Shown piece by piece: positions 1 through 28,224 of a stretch of 64,000 nt of DNA. Source of the stretch: Amoebidium appalachense (taxonomy: Eukaryota > Protista > Ichthyosporea). The stretch spans positions 8,498,001 through 8,562,000 of the forward strand of contig CAVNZM010000012.1 of assembly GCA_963693365.1 (NCBI GenBank). The letters are read 5' to 3'. The translations under genes and the position numbers were made by a program. Every line of letters starts with the position of its first letter. Positions within the stretch are counted from its first letter, which is position 1. The notes below the pieces were generated by a model. That model saw nothing but the letters and a program-made list of their open reading frames with translations. It made no database searches and was not told the DNA's origin.

Positions 1-1
1 G

Positions 2-697
2 GCACCGGGGACCGATGTTGCAATCGTATTGGATTGTATGCCGTTGCTAAGGGAGCTAACCATTGAAAACAGTGATGTAATCACGCACATTTCCGCAATG
101 TCCGCACACATGCGTCTAGGGAGAGTGAGAGTCCAAGCGTGCACGGGACTGCGTGATGCGACAGGAATTTCGAAATGCAACAAGTTGCAGGACGTTGCGA
201 TTTCACACTGTTTGAAACTCGACGCGGTGCGCATTAAACCCCCGCCGTCCGTTGTCGATTTGTCGCTTAAAGATATTTGCGGGAACATGCTGTTTGAAAT
301 CAAACACCCCCACCTGCGGAGGCTAAAGATTGGCCGAGCAAACAACCTCATCACATTTGGCAATGTACCCATGCACGCACCAATGCTAACGACTCTTTAC
401 ATAAGCATGTGCCCCAAATTGGCCAACATTGATGCTTTGGCCGGGGCCGCAGCTCTTAAAATCCTCGATTTCGAAGGATCGGTTTCCTTACGCAGCCTCG
501 ATTCATTAAGGGCCCACCCGAACCTCCGCCGCTTAAATTTGGACGAATTTTCAAATATGGTCCTTATTCCTCTGTATACTTGTCCTCAAATTAAACTCTG
601 TTCTGTTTTCGCTAAAAATCCGTCCTGGGAGACGGAGGAGGAAGGGAAAAGGATGGATGAGCTCATGCGGGCAATGTATAAGCGGCCACGTGCTTGA
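2..697 (+). CDS. Leucine-rich repeat protein, C-terminal part (5' end outside the window)
   Basis: The frame is open from base 2 to the TGA at 695-697. It contains repeated LxxLxL/IxxC units (LRELTIENS, LQDVAISHC, LRRLKIGRA, LTTLYISMCPKL, LKILDFEGS, LRRLNLDEF). Confidence 0.75.
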   Translation, partial: APGTDVAIVLDCMPLLRELTIENSDVITHISAMSAHMRLGRVRVQACTGLRDATGISKCNKLQDVAISHCLKLDAVRIKPPPSVVDLSLKDICGNMLFEIKHPHLRRLKIGRANNLITFGNVPMHAPMLTTLYISMCPKLANIDALAGAAALKILDFEGSVSLRSLDSLRAHPNLRRLNLDEFSNMVLIPLYTCPQIKLCSVFAKNPSWETEEEGKRMDELMRAMYKRPRA

Positions 698-893
698 GGT
701 AAATAATATGGAGACCCCCCCCTCCCCCCCCCCCCCCCCCCCCCCCCCCCCACACACACACACCCTTTCACTTTCGTGAACGACTTGTTGATGCACTCGC
801 CCGTGCGCGCACACATATTCACAATGACACACGTACACACACACTCAAACACATCCATGCATGTACACGCACACGCACATGCATACGCATACA

Positions 894-948
<55 letters not shown>

Positions 949-1180
949 GCCGCGCGCACTCACTTCATGACAGGTGCACATTGCTAGTTTTAGAAGCACG
1001 TGCCGATAAGGGGCAGAATGATCGACACAGATGGACGTGCACACTTGCACATTCATACTTTCACACCACCTCAGACACCCCCTTCCCTTCTTCCAAAGCT
1101 CTGCCTCTTTGTCCCTGCCGTGCGTTTTTTAATCATCTACGATGTGTTGTTCGTCGTAAAGGGTACTTCATACCCTGTAT

Positions 1181-1226
<46 letters not shown>

Positions 1227-1269
1227 TTTATGTTTCACTAACAGAAGACACTCATGCACACTCACCCAC

Positions 1270-1312
<43 letters not shown>

Positions 1313-1387
1313 TTTTCTCCCCCCCCCCCCCCCCCCCCCCTCCCCCTTCCCACCTCTTACCTTTCTCTCCCTCTCTCTCTCTCTCTC

Positions 1388-1439
<52 letters not shown>

Positions 1440-2243
1440 CCTAACACCCCTTTGCTCCCCCCCCTCCCCCTCCACCTTGCCTTTCCCTCCGTTCACTCAG
1501 AAACAAGCTACATGCACCAGGAGGCTGCTCACTCACCCACTCCACCCAACCCCACAGACCCAGCGCCCACCCCCCCGTGTGTGTGGGCTATCGATGCGGT
1601 GGTGGCCGAATTTGGGCTTCAACACGGTGACGGATTGGGTGGGTGGAGCGCCTGGGAGTTATGGGTTTGGATTCGGCAGTGTGCTGTGTGTGCAAAAAGA
1701 TGGATTGGAAGGAGTCCATTGTTTTATGAAGGGGGAAAAAAAGTTAAAGGTGGCATTTTCTGTTCAGGATTTTTCTTGGGAAGTGTACATATCATATAAT
1801 ATATCTGGGAGTGTTTTTGTCTTGTAGAATTTATATCCGAGTTCTGGGCTTTTCATTCTCCGCCTGGAGTTTATGTGAAAGTTTGCATATCATGAATATA
1901 TCTTGGAGTTTTCTTTTTATAGTCTTCGCTGACAGTGGGATTTACATATCGTAAGGATTTAGAAAGTTCTGGGGTTTTAATCTGTACATGTAAGTCCTTA
2001 TCTTGGGATTCTCATATATATCATAGTTTTAATCTAGGAAGACTCGTAACATTACCGTTGTCTCGGCATTTTCATACCCGACCCACACACACACACACAC
2101 ACAGACATCCACAGACACGCACATCTAGTACACAGTAACACAGGATATATTGATTGAGTTTTTTGGCCTTCGCATTGCCACAACCAGATTTTATAAAATT
2201 CTATGGGTGTTGATGCTTGGAAACCGCCTCCCTCCCCCCCCCT

Positions 2244-2279
<36 letters not shown>

Positions 2280-2357
2280 CCCCGCCCCCCGCCCCACACG
2301 CGAACAGCGTCACACACACATACACACACTCACTCACTCACACACACACTCTCCCCC

Positions 2358-2397
<40 letters not shown>

Positions 2398-2674
2398 TTG
2401 GTTTTAGTGTGGGCACATACCGATACCTGTGTGTCTTTATGGTGGACCAGGTGTGTGTTGGTGTTGGTGATACTGCGGGAGAACTTTCAAATGTTTGTTG
2501 TGACGGATTTGATATGTACGTGGCATTGCTGCAACTTGAAGTTGCATGCTCATCAACCACGTGTGTCTCACTATCTCAATAAGGCCGGAGCAGGCGAGAA
2601 TTAACGTTCAATGATGTCAAACCCCCCCCCCCCCCCCTTTTTTTTTTTTTCCCGCACCGTGTGCCACCACCGGT

Positions 2675-2725
<51 letters not shown>

Positions 2726-4560
2726 ACGTGTGTGGCCTTCTCGGGTTCGAATTCCCACGCCACCAGCCCGACCCAATATACGTATCGCTCACAGGCTACG
2801 AATAAATGCCATACTTAAGCATAGTGGCCAGATGCGTGTGTTGCTTATATGATACCCTGTGCATAAAGATGTCTTTCTTGTAACTGCTGTACATACACGT
2901 ACATGATCTATGCCATGTAAAGTAAAAAAACCTTAGTAGATGGCCAAAAGACGTCCGTGCACATGTCGTGATCGCCATGCATGCATCCACTCGATGCCCA
3001 TATTATTCCTACTTTTTTAATATATAGTTTTATATATAAAAAAATACCACCGTGACGAAGGTGCTATGGACTATGTAAAAGTCGAGTTCTATTTCAAGTT
3101 CAACGAGTATCTTGCATCGTGGCACAAGGACTGTAACATACGTATCGATCATACATCAGTACTATTATGTAGGGGTATTCCTACTTTTTTAATTGTGTTA
3201 TAAAAACTTAATCTCTGGCGTGCAAAAACTTCCCGCCTAATTTTCTATATATTGGCATCTCATTTATACTTCAGGTAAACATGACAGTCAGTCACTACAT
3301 GTGGTGATCATGAACTCCTATACATCGCCTTACCTATAGCTACTAATTGTACATGTACATTAGTCACTATATGTACTCAAGTTTTCATTTATAATAACTA
3401 AGTTAGTTAGCGCCACGGGTAACGTCCCCAGAATCTTTAAAACACTTTGAAGTCGTTTCATTCGCAACCCGGTAACACCATCCCCGTGTCACAGGTTCTA
3501 TTATTGGACTTGTTCCTCTCTGACAAACAGAGAACTAATAAGATAGAATCAGAAACCACATGTACAGCCCCTGAATCCCAGGCCCTCAAATCACTATTAC
3601 TGCCCGGTGGATCCCCATGATCAATACTGTAACGTTGGGGAGGGAGACCCTAGGGAGGGAAAGAGGGCTTGGAGCAAGACGAGGAGGGGGGGGGGGGGGG
3701 GGGGGGGAAGGAACAAATGCGAACTCTGTCACAATCAATAAAGCACTTTCAAGTTGTGTGCTGCAGGAACATTGAGATGTAACAATGACCGGGATATAAC
3801 AACAAAAAGGATAGATTGCTCAATGGAAAAACCGATTGAGTTTGTGTGTGTACGTACAACATATAATAGAACGTGAGATTATTGTATCAGGCAACCGAAC
3901 AAGGAGACTAAAATATACTATTAGAAATCACAAGCTTTTGTAAGGCAGATAATAATAACAGAAGTATCTTCATTGTAAGAGTTTCATGGGCTACTTTTTA
4001 TGACTGGCGCTATTGTAGAGGTGCGCGCTTGAACACGTTTGGTGTACTTAAGCTAACAGGGGTCTACTACTTCAATACTCAAATCTAACTTCAATCAAAC
4101 ATGTTTATAACGGGAAAGCGCGGGGCCGGGAGGGAGGGGGGGGGGGGGGGGGGGATTTACGTATTACATGTAGCACAATATATTAATACCCTAGGTTTTA
4201 CGCAAAAGGCCCCCATCGATTCTTCGGCCCATACTTGATCATCAAAATACCACTAGTAGGTGGAATGAATCCGTGTGTGTGTGTGTTTGTGTGTGTGGGC
4301 GTGTGTGGGCGTGTGTGTGTTTGTGTGTGTGCGCGTGTGTGCGTGGGTGTACGTGTGCACGCGCGCGGGTATGTTCGTGCGTGTGTGCGCAAGCGTGCGT
4401 GTGCTGTGCGCGTGCGTGTGCGTGTCTGTGTGCGCATGCAGAACGGTGTGTGTGTGTGTATGTGTGTGTGTGTGTGTGTGTGTGTACCCCGCACACACCC
4501 TTGTCGCTTGATCACTTTACGTGCCCCTTGCCACCCCAGTACTGTACACTGAGGCGGCAG

Positions 4561-4614
4561 GGACGAATATCTCTCAAGAGATGATTTAAGGACGAATATC
4601 TCTCAAGAGATGAT

Positions 4615-4617
<3 letters not shown>
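4561..4617. repeat. 29-bp tandem duplication abutting the carrier stop codon
   Basis: ggacgaatatctctcaagagatgattta occurs twice with a 29-bp period. Confidence 0.9.
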
Positions 4618-13231
<8,614 letters not shown>

Positions 13232-14204
13232 CTTCCTCCGTTGCCTTTTCTTGCCTTATTTCTTTGGTGCAGCTTCAATGCCCCTCTTGTCGTTAACTCT
13301 GTCGTATGTGCGCCGCCTTACCTATGGTAAGTAACTGTCTCTAAGAAAGGTGTTTTCTTTGGGTGCGCAAAACCTACATAGGTTTAGATCTTAGGTACAC
13401 GGGGGCGATATTTGGTGTTATGCAAAACTAGTGATCATACCCAAATCTAAGCCTTCGCATAACTGCAAAATGCTCTTTTTGTCAAACAAAAATAACCACA
13501 ACAGCTCTGCCTGCTAAAGGCCGTCTTAGTTTTACCGTTTAAAGCTATAAAGCTTCTAACCTACATACAGCTCATTACTTCCCCTCTCACTAAGTACTTC
13601 CCTTACCAAACTAACTAAAGGGTCGCGATGAAGTTCCGCGTCTTCATCATGGTGACGCAGGATGGCATTCATCAACCATCCAATCAGAGAAGCTAACCAA
13701 TGTCTATATATAGTTAATCAATCTCATCAAGAGCGATCCTGCCCATATATAGAAACACATGTAACCTTATATGGCAGGTGGAGTTTTGGCGCCAACATGA
13801 AATCTCGCAAGGCCTCCTACTCTGACCATTGAACTGAATTCCTTTGACCTTTGATTCAAACGACGGTTCTGCATGAGAAAGGACCGTCCTGCAAGTGCCA
13901 CAATTTGCTAAACCTTTGAAAGAAAAAAAAAAGAAAAAAGAAACCCTTGTAAAACAGGAATCCTCTGCGCCCGCACCCGCCCCCAACCCCCCTCCCCCTC
14001 CCACCCCCCCGTTTCTCCTCTTCCCCCCTCCCCCCTCCCCCCAACCCTTTCCCGATCTTCCTCCCCCCTCCCCCCCAACCCCTCCTTTCCCTCTTCTCCC
14101 TCCCCCCCTCCCCCCCGCCCCCTCAACTTTTCACCCCCACCCCCCCTCCCTCTTCTTTTCCCCGACTTTCCTCCTCCGGCCATCCCCCTCCCCCCCCTTC
14201 CCCT

Positions 14205-14235
<31 letters not shown>

Positions 14236-14629
14236 CCCCGCCCCCCGCCCCCGCCCCTGAGCCGGAATTATTCAGATCAGTCTCTGTGAGGCCAAGCATT
14301 ATCGTTAAAGATATATTATGGGTGCAGTCGTTGTCAGCAAGCAGGAGCAAGCTTGCTCGGCGGTCTTTGGTCTTCCTGGCCAGTTACTGAGGGAAATGGT
14401 GAGGAAGGGTTTGGGGAGGGAGGTGGCTAAGAGGTGGGCCGAATGGCTGCTGGGTGAGTTCCCCAATTTTTAAACCCAAGAACTTTGCTACTTTTTTTTT
14501 TTCACTTTTCGCTTGATTTACTCTATTTTCAGCATACTACGTAGCTTACTTCCTCCGAGTCGTCTTCTCCTTACTTCCAAGCCCCTTCCCCTTCCCTCTC
14601 CCGGCCTCCCCCCTCCCTTCCCTCCCCGC

Positions 14630-14663
<34 letters not shown>

Positions 14664-15380
14664 TTCCCCGGACAAACATCACCCATCTCTACCTCCACAC
14701 TTCTATGTCCACGAAACTTCTAGCCGTCTACTCAGCCTCTACCTTACGTTCCTCCCTCATAGCTCCTATCCCGACGTGTTTACCTCCTCCCTTCTCCTTC
14801 CATACCTTCTGATGCTCCTTCCTGCTCTTCCCCCTCTCCCCCCCCCCCCCCTCTCTCTCCCCCCTCTCGTCCCCCTCTTAGTCGCCAGCTCTCGCTTTTC
14901 CCAAGCCCGACATCGTGATGGCACAGTTCTTTGCTCTATCTTGCTTTTTTTTCCTGTAGGACAGTGTCCCCCACTTCCGAAGCTGCATTGTTGATTCGCA
15001 TGGCTCCTTAATCAAAAACATGACAACCAAAAGCGCGTGTCCCAGTTTTACCACAGCAGCGACTGACAATGATGTATATGTATTCTTGCCTTATTCTGGA
15101 CCCGACGTGATCCATTCCTCAGATCACTTTTTTCAAAGGAAAAAGGAATACGCAGAAACACAAAGCTGATGTTTAAGCTATGAAAAGGAAAAACAAAGTG
15201 ACCCCCCCCCCCCCCCCCCCCCCCAAACCGCTCAACTCAATCCCCCCCTCCCCGCCCACCCTCCCCCCCCCCCCCCCCCCACTCCCCCAACCCCAAACCC
15301 TGTTTCCCTGTTCTTGTACTATTAGTTAGCCTCAACTGTACTGATACTCTACCACCTATAAACCCTCCTACCTTTTTCAG

Positions 15381-19622
<4,242 letters not shown>

Positions 19623-19636
<14 letters not shown>

Positions 19637-19780
19637 ACTTAAATGTTATTTTATTGTGATTTAGATAGCGAGGTGAATGGCCAGATATTTTTTGAAAATA
19701 CGTAGGCTGCACTTTGAACTTGATTGGTATTTTATTGTGATTTAAATAGCCAGGTAAATGGTCAGATAATCTTTGTGAAT
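19623..19780 (+). repeat. About 81-bp diverged tandem duplication spanning the C1orf74-like stop codon and 3' UTR
   Basis: aggttgcactttgaactt...ttttattgtgattt...ggccagata is repeated as aggctgcactttgaactt...ttttattgtgattt...ggtcagata. Confidence 0.85.
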
Positions 19781-20058
19781 CTACAGTTATGCATTTAAGT
19801 ATGCTCAAATGCATCTATGCATGTATGATCTTACATAGCGGTCCTAAGCACTCTGAGGTGTGAATGCAGTGACCCGGGGTTACATGCGTTTTACAACTAG
19901 ATCTGCCGAGTATTGGATGGTTCTGTTCTTTTTGTTTTCTTTTGGGTTTTTTTTTTTTTTTTTTTTTTTTTGCTTTTCTTTGTTTTGTATTTATATTCTC
20001 TTTTTTTTTTTTTTTTTGCCCCTTTGGCCCCGATTACATATGAACAGTAACAGCAGCA

Positions 20059-20094
<36 letters not shown>

Positions 20095-20377
20095 TATGTA
20101 GTGATCGATTAAAGGTGGTATGAATGTGTGTAGGCATAACTTAATTATAACTCATGGCTTTGGCCTGTGGATGCAGGCCAATCCATCAATCACATCCCAA
20201 ACATTTTGCCAATGCTTTGGTGCCCTTTAACAAAGGCACCCTGCCGGGTCAAAGTGGCAGCTACTAAAAATAGCTTCCACCGTGGCGGATGCTGCTTAAA
20301 ATAGATTTTGTATGACAAGGGCCAGTGTTGCCTAATGGACCACCAAGCCCTCTGGCCAGATGATGCCCGAGTCAAAA

Positions 20378-20994
20378 CACAAAAAAAAAGTAGGAGTATC
20401 GCCGTCCAAAAAATTATTCTCGCGCGATCGCACGATTAGCCAAATAGAGAAAATTGGGCGGGAAGTTTTTGCGCGCCAAAAAAAAAGTATTTACAAAACA
20501 CCAAAAAAAAGTAGGAATATGGATGTCGTGCTTACATCGTGGGGCAATGGAGGGGGGGGGGGGGGGGGGGGGGGAAAGAACGAAGACTTCAAGCTCATTT
20601 GAGTTTATGTACTACCGGGCTCAGCAATATATGGTGGTGTAAGACCTCTGGGTTTACGTATTCAGTGCAGGACAGCAGTCATATATATGCCTGTTTACGT
20701 ATGCATGAATGGTTTATATCTGTATGTGTTGTTTTGCACATATGTGTGTGTGCAATTGTATCAAGCTAGAGCCTCAGCAGGAGGGCATGTTTATGCTGTG
20801 TTGTGTTTGCTAGAACCCACTGGGCTTGGCTATTTTTTTATTTTTTTTTTGCTTCAACGACATGCGCACGCATGCCGTGTGTGTGGGGGTGCATATATAT
20901 GGAGCAGCGTGGTCGGAAGCATTTGAGTGCTCTCCAGATATCGGTACATGTACATGTACATGACCTTGCATTTCTGTGTGTGTGTATATGTGAC

Positions 20995-21041
<47 letters not shown>

Positions 21042-21073
21042 TGTGTGCGTGTGTGTGCGTCCGTGCGTGTGTG

Positions 21074-21113
<40 letters not shown>

Positions 21114-21125
21114 TGTCCGTGTGTG

Positions 21126-21157
<32 letters not shown>

Positions 21158-21470
21158 TGTATGTGTGTGTGTTTCAGTGGATAGGATTCCATTCTTAGTT
21201 TGCATATTTGGAACACAGTCGATGTGAAATGAAAGGACATGCACCTGTAGCATTTTTCTTCGTGTCATGCACAGTGTAACTATGATTTGCAAATTTAAAT
21301 GCCATTTCCTACTTTTTTTTAATCACCTTTATAATCGGGGGTTTTTTTTTTTTTCTTGGGTGCCAAAACTTCCCGGCTAAATTTCTATAATTGACTAATC
21401 AGTCAGATCAATCGCAAATGTTTTGTCCGTACTAGATTTTTTGAGACTGCGATGTTCCTACTTTTTATTG
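20378..21470. repeat. Inverted pair of a dispersed ~140-165-bp repeat (AAAAGTAGGAAT / GGGAAGTTTT family)
   Basis: 20378-20520 is a diverged reverse complement of 21305-21470. Related pieces occur at about 3005-3020, 3177-3255 and 49631-49650. Confidence 0.65.
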
Positions 21471-22701
21471 TTTTATATATGAATGTTTTGCTGCACCAGG
21501 TTTTTGGTTTGTGGCTGTCCATGGGTTGCAAAGGAACTCCCAGGGGTTGATCAGTGAGAAAACGTGTAGGTGTGTGTCTGTCTGTGTTAATGTGTGTGGG
21601 TGTGTTTGCATGGACATTGTGTGGGTGTGCGCGTGAAAGTACGGCACGGATGATCGTTTGTTTGTGTGTGTGTGTGCGTGTGCATATGAGTGGGCGCACG
21701 TGCAAGTGGTCGTGCCCATGTGTGTGTGTGTACATGTGTGTGCACGTGGACCTTGGCAGGGGGGGGTACGTGTGTGGTGTGTTTATGTGGGGATCGCTAT
21801 GTTTATGTTGCCTGGATGTACCTACGGTGCCTTCTTTCCATTTTTTTTGCACTCTATTAACCAGCCGTCACGTCCCACATATAGAGCCTTTTAATTTTAC
21901 TTTAGCATTTGTACATATCTAGACCGATGGCTCGCCACATACGGATCGGCTGAGTTTCTTTAAGGTTTACGCTAGTTCTCTTCGCACATATATCTATTTA
22001 AGGCAACTTCACACGGTACCCTTTCATTACTGCAATCGTAGATGAATATTTGTCATCAACATTATGTACTATTGCTATTGTGAGAATGAAGGGATATATT
22101 AATCCTAGTCGCTTTGTTTTACCATGTTACGAGTATAATCTCATTATATTTGTGTGTGATGGGCTGTTTAGGCTTGGGTTATCTCTCACCCAATCACTGA
22201 CATGGAAAGCGCTAAGCCACCCAGAGTAGTTTTTATATGGGGAGCTCAGGTTCACCTAACCTAAGGAAACCTTACAACAACAAGAAGAAAAAATCATTAC
22301 ATTTATGTTTCCCTGCCACTGTTTACACCTATATATCGATTTTCGTGGCAGCGTGGAAATTTCCACTTAGAGCCTATGTACCGCATTCCCCTTGATTGTA
22401 TTGATTGTTACGTTAAGGCAGCGTTTTCTGCTGTATATAATACCCCCCCCCCCCCCCCCCCCTCACCCACCCTTTCTTCCCTAAAACCGCACACCAGACG
22501 CAAATCTTATCACTGCAACAAAGGTACTATTTACTCTACTATTTAATTCTTTTCAATTCCTGTACCCAATCAGAGCGACCAAACACCACCCTAATCCCAA
22601 CGAAGTATGTTTTCATTGATCCCAAATAGGATTTTATGACTCACTCACTCCAACAATGAACCCCCCGGCTACGTCGAAAAAGCCTCCTGTTTGAACCCCT
22701 C

Positions 22702-24544
22702 CTACACCACATACTCATCATACATCCCAGGGTCCATCTTCCCAACATCGCTCCTTCTATCCCAACTCATGGGTGTCTCCATCTGATCGTGCCCGTACGA
22801 ACCAAAACTATCGGTCAAAAGCGCTTCGAGTGCCGTTTGCTGTTGCGGGGTTAGAAGCGATGCCGCCAGCGACACATCCTGCATTTCCAACCCTGCCAAG
22901 CTCGATGACTGACTCACAACATTGCCAAACGTGTCCCAGCTCCCATGGACCTGCACCGGCGATCCCATGTTGAAGCTGTCCGACTGCATTCGCTGCACCG
23001 GCTGCTGCATGCGGTTTACCAAATGGGGCGCTACTCCCTCCGTGTGCGTGATGAATGCACCAGGGGGACAGGAGGATGTGCGTAGCGAAGAATGCATGAC
23101 AGGTGCCATTGGTTGAGAATAGTTCCTGTTCATGCCCGGATTGGGTTCGTTGTGAAACACAGCGAGAATGCTCTCCAAATCGAATGTCTCTTCGACGGCG
23201 GGATCACCCATGTCCATTCCATCGTACGAGCTCATGTAGTTTCCACTGTTACGACGTGACGTCGAGAGAGAATTCGTCAAATCTTGCATAGCAAAAGGGC
23301 CCTTTGGCGTACCAGGGTTATTATTCATCCCTTGATGATGCATGAACTCGCTGAACCCATTCCCAAGGAGGAAATCGGGGCACGATGAAGAACCGAGTGG
23401 TCCATGGGAGGGCGGGCTGATGGGGTGATGTTGTGGTGTGTGTTGTTGGCTGGGTGGTGTGGGGTATGGGGAGCTCGACATATGTTGCGGGGGCATATTG
23501 TGTTGGAGCGCTGCCTTGCGATTCAACGGGGAATGCTCAGAACCCGAGCTCGTCTCGTATCCGTTTCGTTGGAAAAAACGATCGATTAGTGGCGACGGTT
23601 TTTCGATGGAATCATGTGCGGGTGGTAGGTGCATGGGGTTTACCTGCGGTGAGCCGTTGAAAGCCGTTTGGGCCCCGCTAGGAACCTCTGGGAGAATATT
23701 TCCGAGACCGCAATCGTACGAGGCGGAAGAAAGGCAGCCGTCGTTGAGATTAGGTCGGGCACTCACAGAAACAGGCCGCTTGAGGCTGTGTTTCATGGCC
23801 ATATGAAGGCGTAGTGCGGACATACTTCCGTACCTGATAGGTTTAGCGAATGTCAAAAGGGGTGCCTGATGGGATAAACAATGTTTGGAAGAGGAGTTTG
23901 TGTGGGATTACGAAGCAGCGATGTTAGTGTCTAAAAAGAAAGGGGAAACGATGGGAGAGCACTCTCGCAGATAACTATTAAACACGAGCAAGCCTGTAAG
24001 CATACTGTTGCCTCATATAGCCTGTCCACATGCATACAAAAAGAAAATTTTCCACCTTTGATAGTAAAATGATCGTGTGGAATAAAAAGAGCATGGGATA
24101 CCATTCACGATGCACGTAGAACCCGGCACAAGACCTATGAACACACGCCCACAGCAACCACTGGGTAACAATCCTTCTAACCAGGTGTGAGTGGACCTTG
24201 TACAACACTCACAAAAATGGCAAGCCTCGTTTAGAAAACTTGCGCACGAGAGGAACATATGGCGTGACGCGAGCCTGAATATTGGCTGCGACAACGTTAC
24301 AGGTTGGCCCTATTTAACGAACTATTGCACGCGCATTATTACACAGACAAACCATAAAAGAGAAAGGGGGGGAACTCAATTAAACCTACTTTTTCAGGCA
24401 AAAGCGAATAGGACACGGGAAGACTTTGTCCAATTCGTTGCTTTTGCGACGATAGCGTTTGGGTTTGTTTTTGTCTCTGCTGCTGCGCGGCGTGCCGGGG
24501 GTGCCAGGGCACGAGAGGTTATCATCCCCTGTGTCGTCCTTCAT
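22702..24544 (-). CDS. Single C2H2 zinc-finger transcription factor with a basic region and a long disordered C-terminus (about 428 aa)
   Basis: Exons 24544-24390 and 23833-22702 join across a phase-2 GT-AG intron to give KPKRYRRKSNELDKVFPCPIRFCLKKYGSMSALRLHMAMKH (C-x4-C-x12-H-x4-H). The basic-region-plus-single-finger layout resembles fungal Con7-type factors. The tail is S/P/Q/M-rich. Confidence 0.85.
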
Positions 24545-26089
24545 TCTCTGCTTACTAACAGTATAGACAGATGAACCTTTTTTGAGTGTACCAAAAATAG
24601 TGGGGCATGAACTGCAATATTATTATGTGTGCTGGAAGAATGACAGAAAACTAAAGGAATAGCCGTTGTCTTCTCATTTAGGGCCAAGGGGCTTTCCGAA
24701 AAAGAAAAGGGGAAAAAAACTACCATGCGGTTGTCTAGTTGCAAGGAGAAAAAAATGCCTTCGCTTTTCTTATCAATGGCACCGAACGGTTGCAAAATTC
24801 ATTCGTGGCTCCGAACTACCTATGTCCAAGCATTAGCTCGTTGTACTGTTGTGCCAACCCGCCAAAATTCAAAAACTTGCACGTTTAGCTACGAGCAGGA
24901 GGCGTAACGAAAATGCATGATGCAAACTCTCCATGAAACGTAAAGCAGCGATACTGAAATGTTTGTGTCATGGGAAAACAGGGCTGCCGTAGTGAGTGGC
25001 AGAGTGGCAGGCATCCGGCCGCCGGGCGCGAGCCACTCCTTTTGGGAGTTTATCGGATCGGCATGTGTGGAATGTTTTGTGATGACTTTGCGCCAATTGA
25101 AGCCTTAAGATGCAGAATACTTTTCTGCTGCGCTTTTTTGCGACTCCGAATTTGCAAGAAGCCAAAAGATAAGAAGGCGTAAAAATGAAGAGAAACTAAC
25201 AAATATTGAAACTTAAGATATATTTCTAATCTTTTTTTTTTCCCTGGAATGACGTTTTGAAATGCTGTCTTTTCATTCCTCAGTTGAACATAAAGGTCTC
25301 CAGAGAAAAGTGTATAGCCAATCATATCGATTTGTTTTAACAATTAGAAGAGGAGTGTAAATAGAATGCTTGCTCTGACAGTGTAGGCAACGGTGTACGG
25401 TGTTCGAGGCCCCCGTAGTAGCGCGTGCGCCCTACGGCTTGGTGCATCGTAGCATGCGCCATCCGAGTTCAAGTGGCTCAGGCACAACGAGTATACACAC
25501 AGTGTACATGCCACGGCACAGTATATACATACAGAGGTAGATGGCTGAAAGCTTTGAGGGGTTTGCCACATGCACATATACTGCGACACCTGGCTTGAAA
25601 CAGGGAACTTTCGTAGTATTGTGTTCGACTTGGCATTTGATCATACGTACGTAGTTGAACGACAATATTACTGAGAAGCTTGATGTTACCATTGTCCAGT
25701 TACTGATCATAGTTCATGCATGGTGCGCGTGGGCCGCTCGAAGCCGCTCCGCCAGTGTTCGCGAGGAATGATATCAAGTTCTGTATGCCACATGTACATG
25801 ATGTGGTGGCTTGAAGGCAGCCCGGCTACTGTGCCCAAGTGGCATATGTATCTGCATATGAACAACTTGGGCTGAACGGTTGCGCCTTCGTTGTTGCATG
25901 CGCGACCGAAAAACTTCAAGTTGGACACACACGGTAAACTAGCTGGGGAAGACCTGACGGGAGGGGGGAAAGGAGGGGGGCGGGGAGAAGGGAGGGGGGG
26001 GAGGGGGGGGGGGGAGTTGCACAGGTGGGCGGGGGGGGACTCGGGGGGAGGGGGAAGCCTCCGGAAAGAGAGAGGGAGAAAGGGAGAGA

Positions 26090-27620
<1,531 letters not shown>

Positions 27621-28224
27621 CGAGAGAGCAGAGAGAAACTCTGAAAAAGCGAGGGCTGAGACCCTCGCGCCGCAGGCTACATACATGTAATCATGATGTC
27701 ACTTGGGGGGCAGATTTCTTGAAATGTGTACACTGTAGCACAAAATGCAACCCCTTGCAGGACATATCCATACCCAAAGTACTTCCCAACTCAGGAATTT
27801 GTCAGATCATACCTTTTACATATTCGTTGTAAAAACCCAGAAATTCTACAAGAAGTGGTGAACTCACGTATACAAAACTCTTTGCAATTGGGTGTACGGT
27901 ATACGGGAACTTGAAGTTCCGTGAGCCTCTGATGATGGCCGGAGTGAGGAATTTGCTTCGCTCTCCTCGTGAGCCACTCACTCGTTGGAATGTTGGCGTC
28001 TAAGATCCCCCAAAACTTCTGTGTATTTTCACCTGCAGGAGAAAGAAAAATTATATCGTACCGATTCAAATCATTCACATATCAGGTATTACTTGAAAAA
28101 CACATTCCACGACGTAATTCTACACTTCATATTTTTTATATTTCATTTCAGCGAGCTTATAAGTTGTTATGTTAACCTAATAATTACCATAACACGCATA
28201 CCATGGCATAGCATATGCAGTATT

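Noticed and set aside
2735-2765. B-box-like GGTTCGAATTCC suggesting a tRNA
   Set aside because: No A-box or cloverleaf is present, and the upstream sequence is (TG)n. At most it is a SINE remnant.
14317-15073. Possible first exons of the C1orf74-like gene (MGAVVV...LREM and DSVPHF...TDND)
   Set aside because: The available donors are phase 0, but the exon at 15381 needs phase 1, so I left this unresolved.
23834-23865. Start of the 384-aa ORF at 23856, or an acceptor at 23866
   Set aside because: Only the acceptor at 23834 matches the phase-2 donor and completes the zinc finger.
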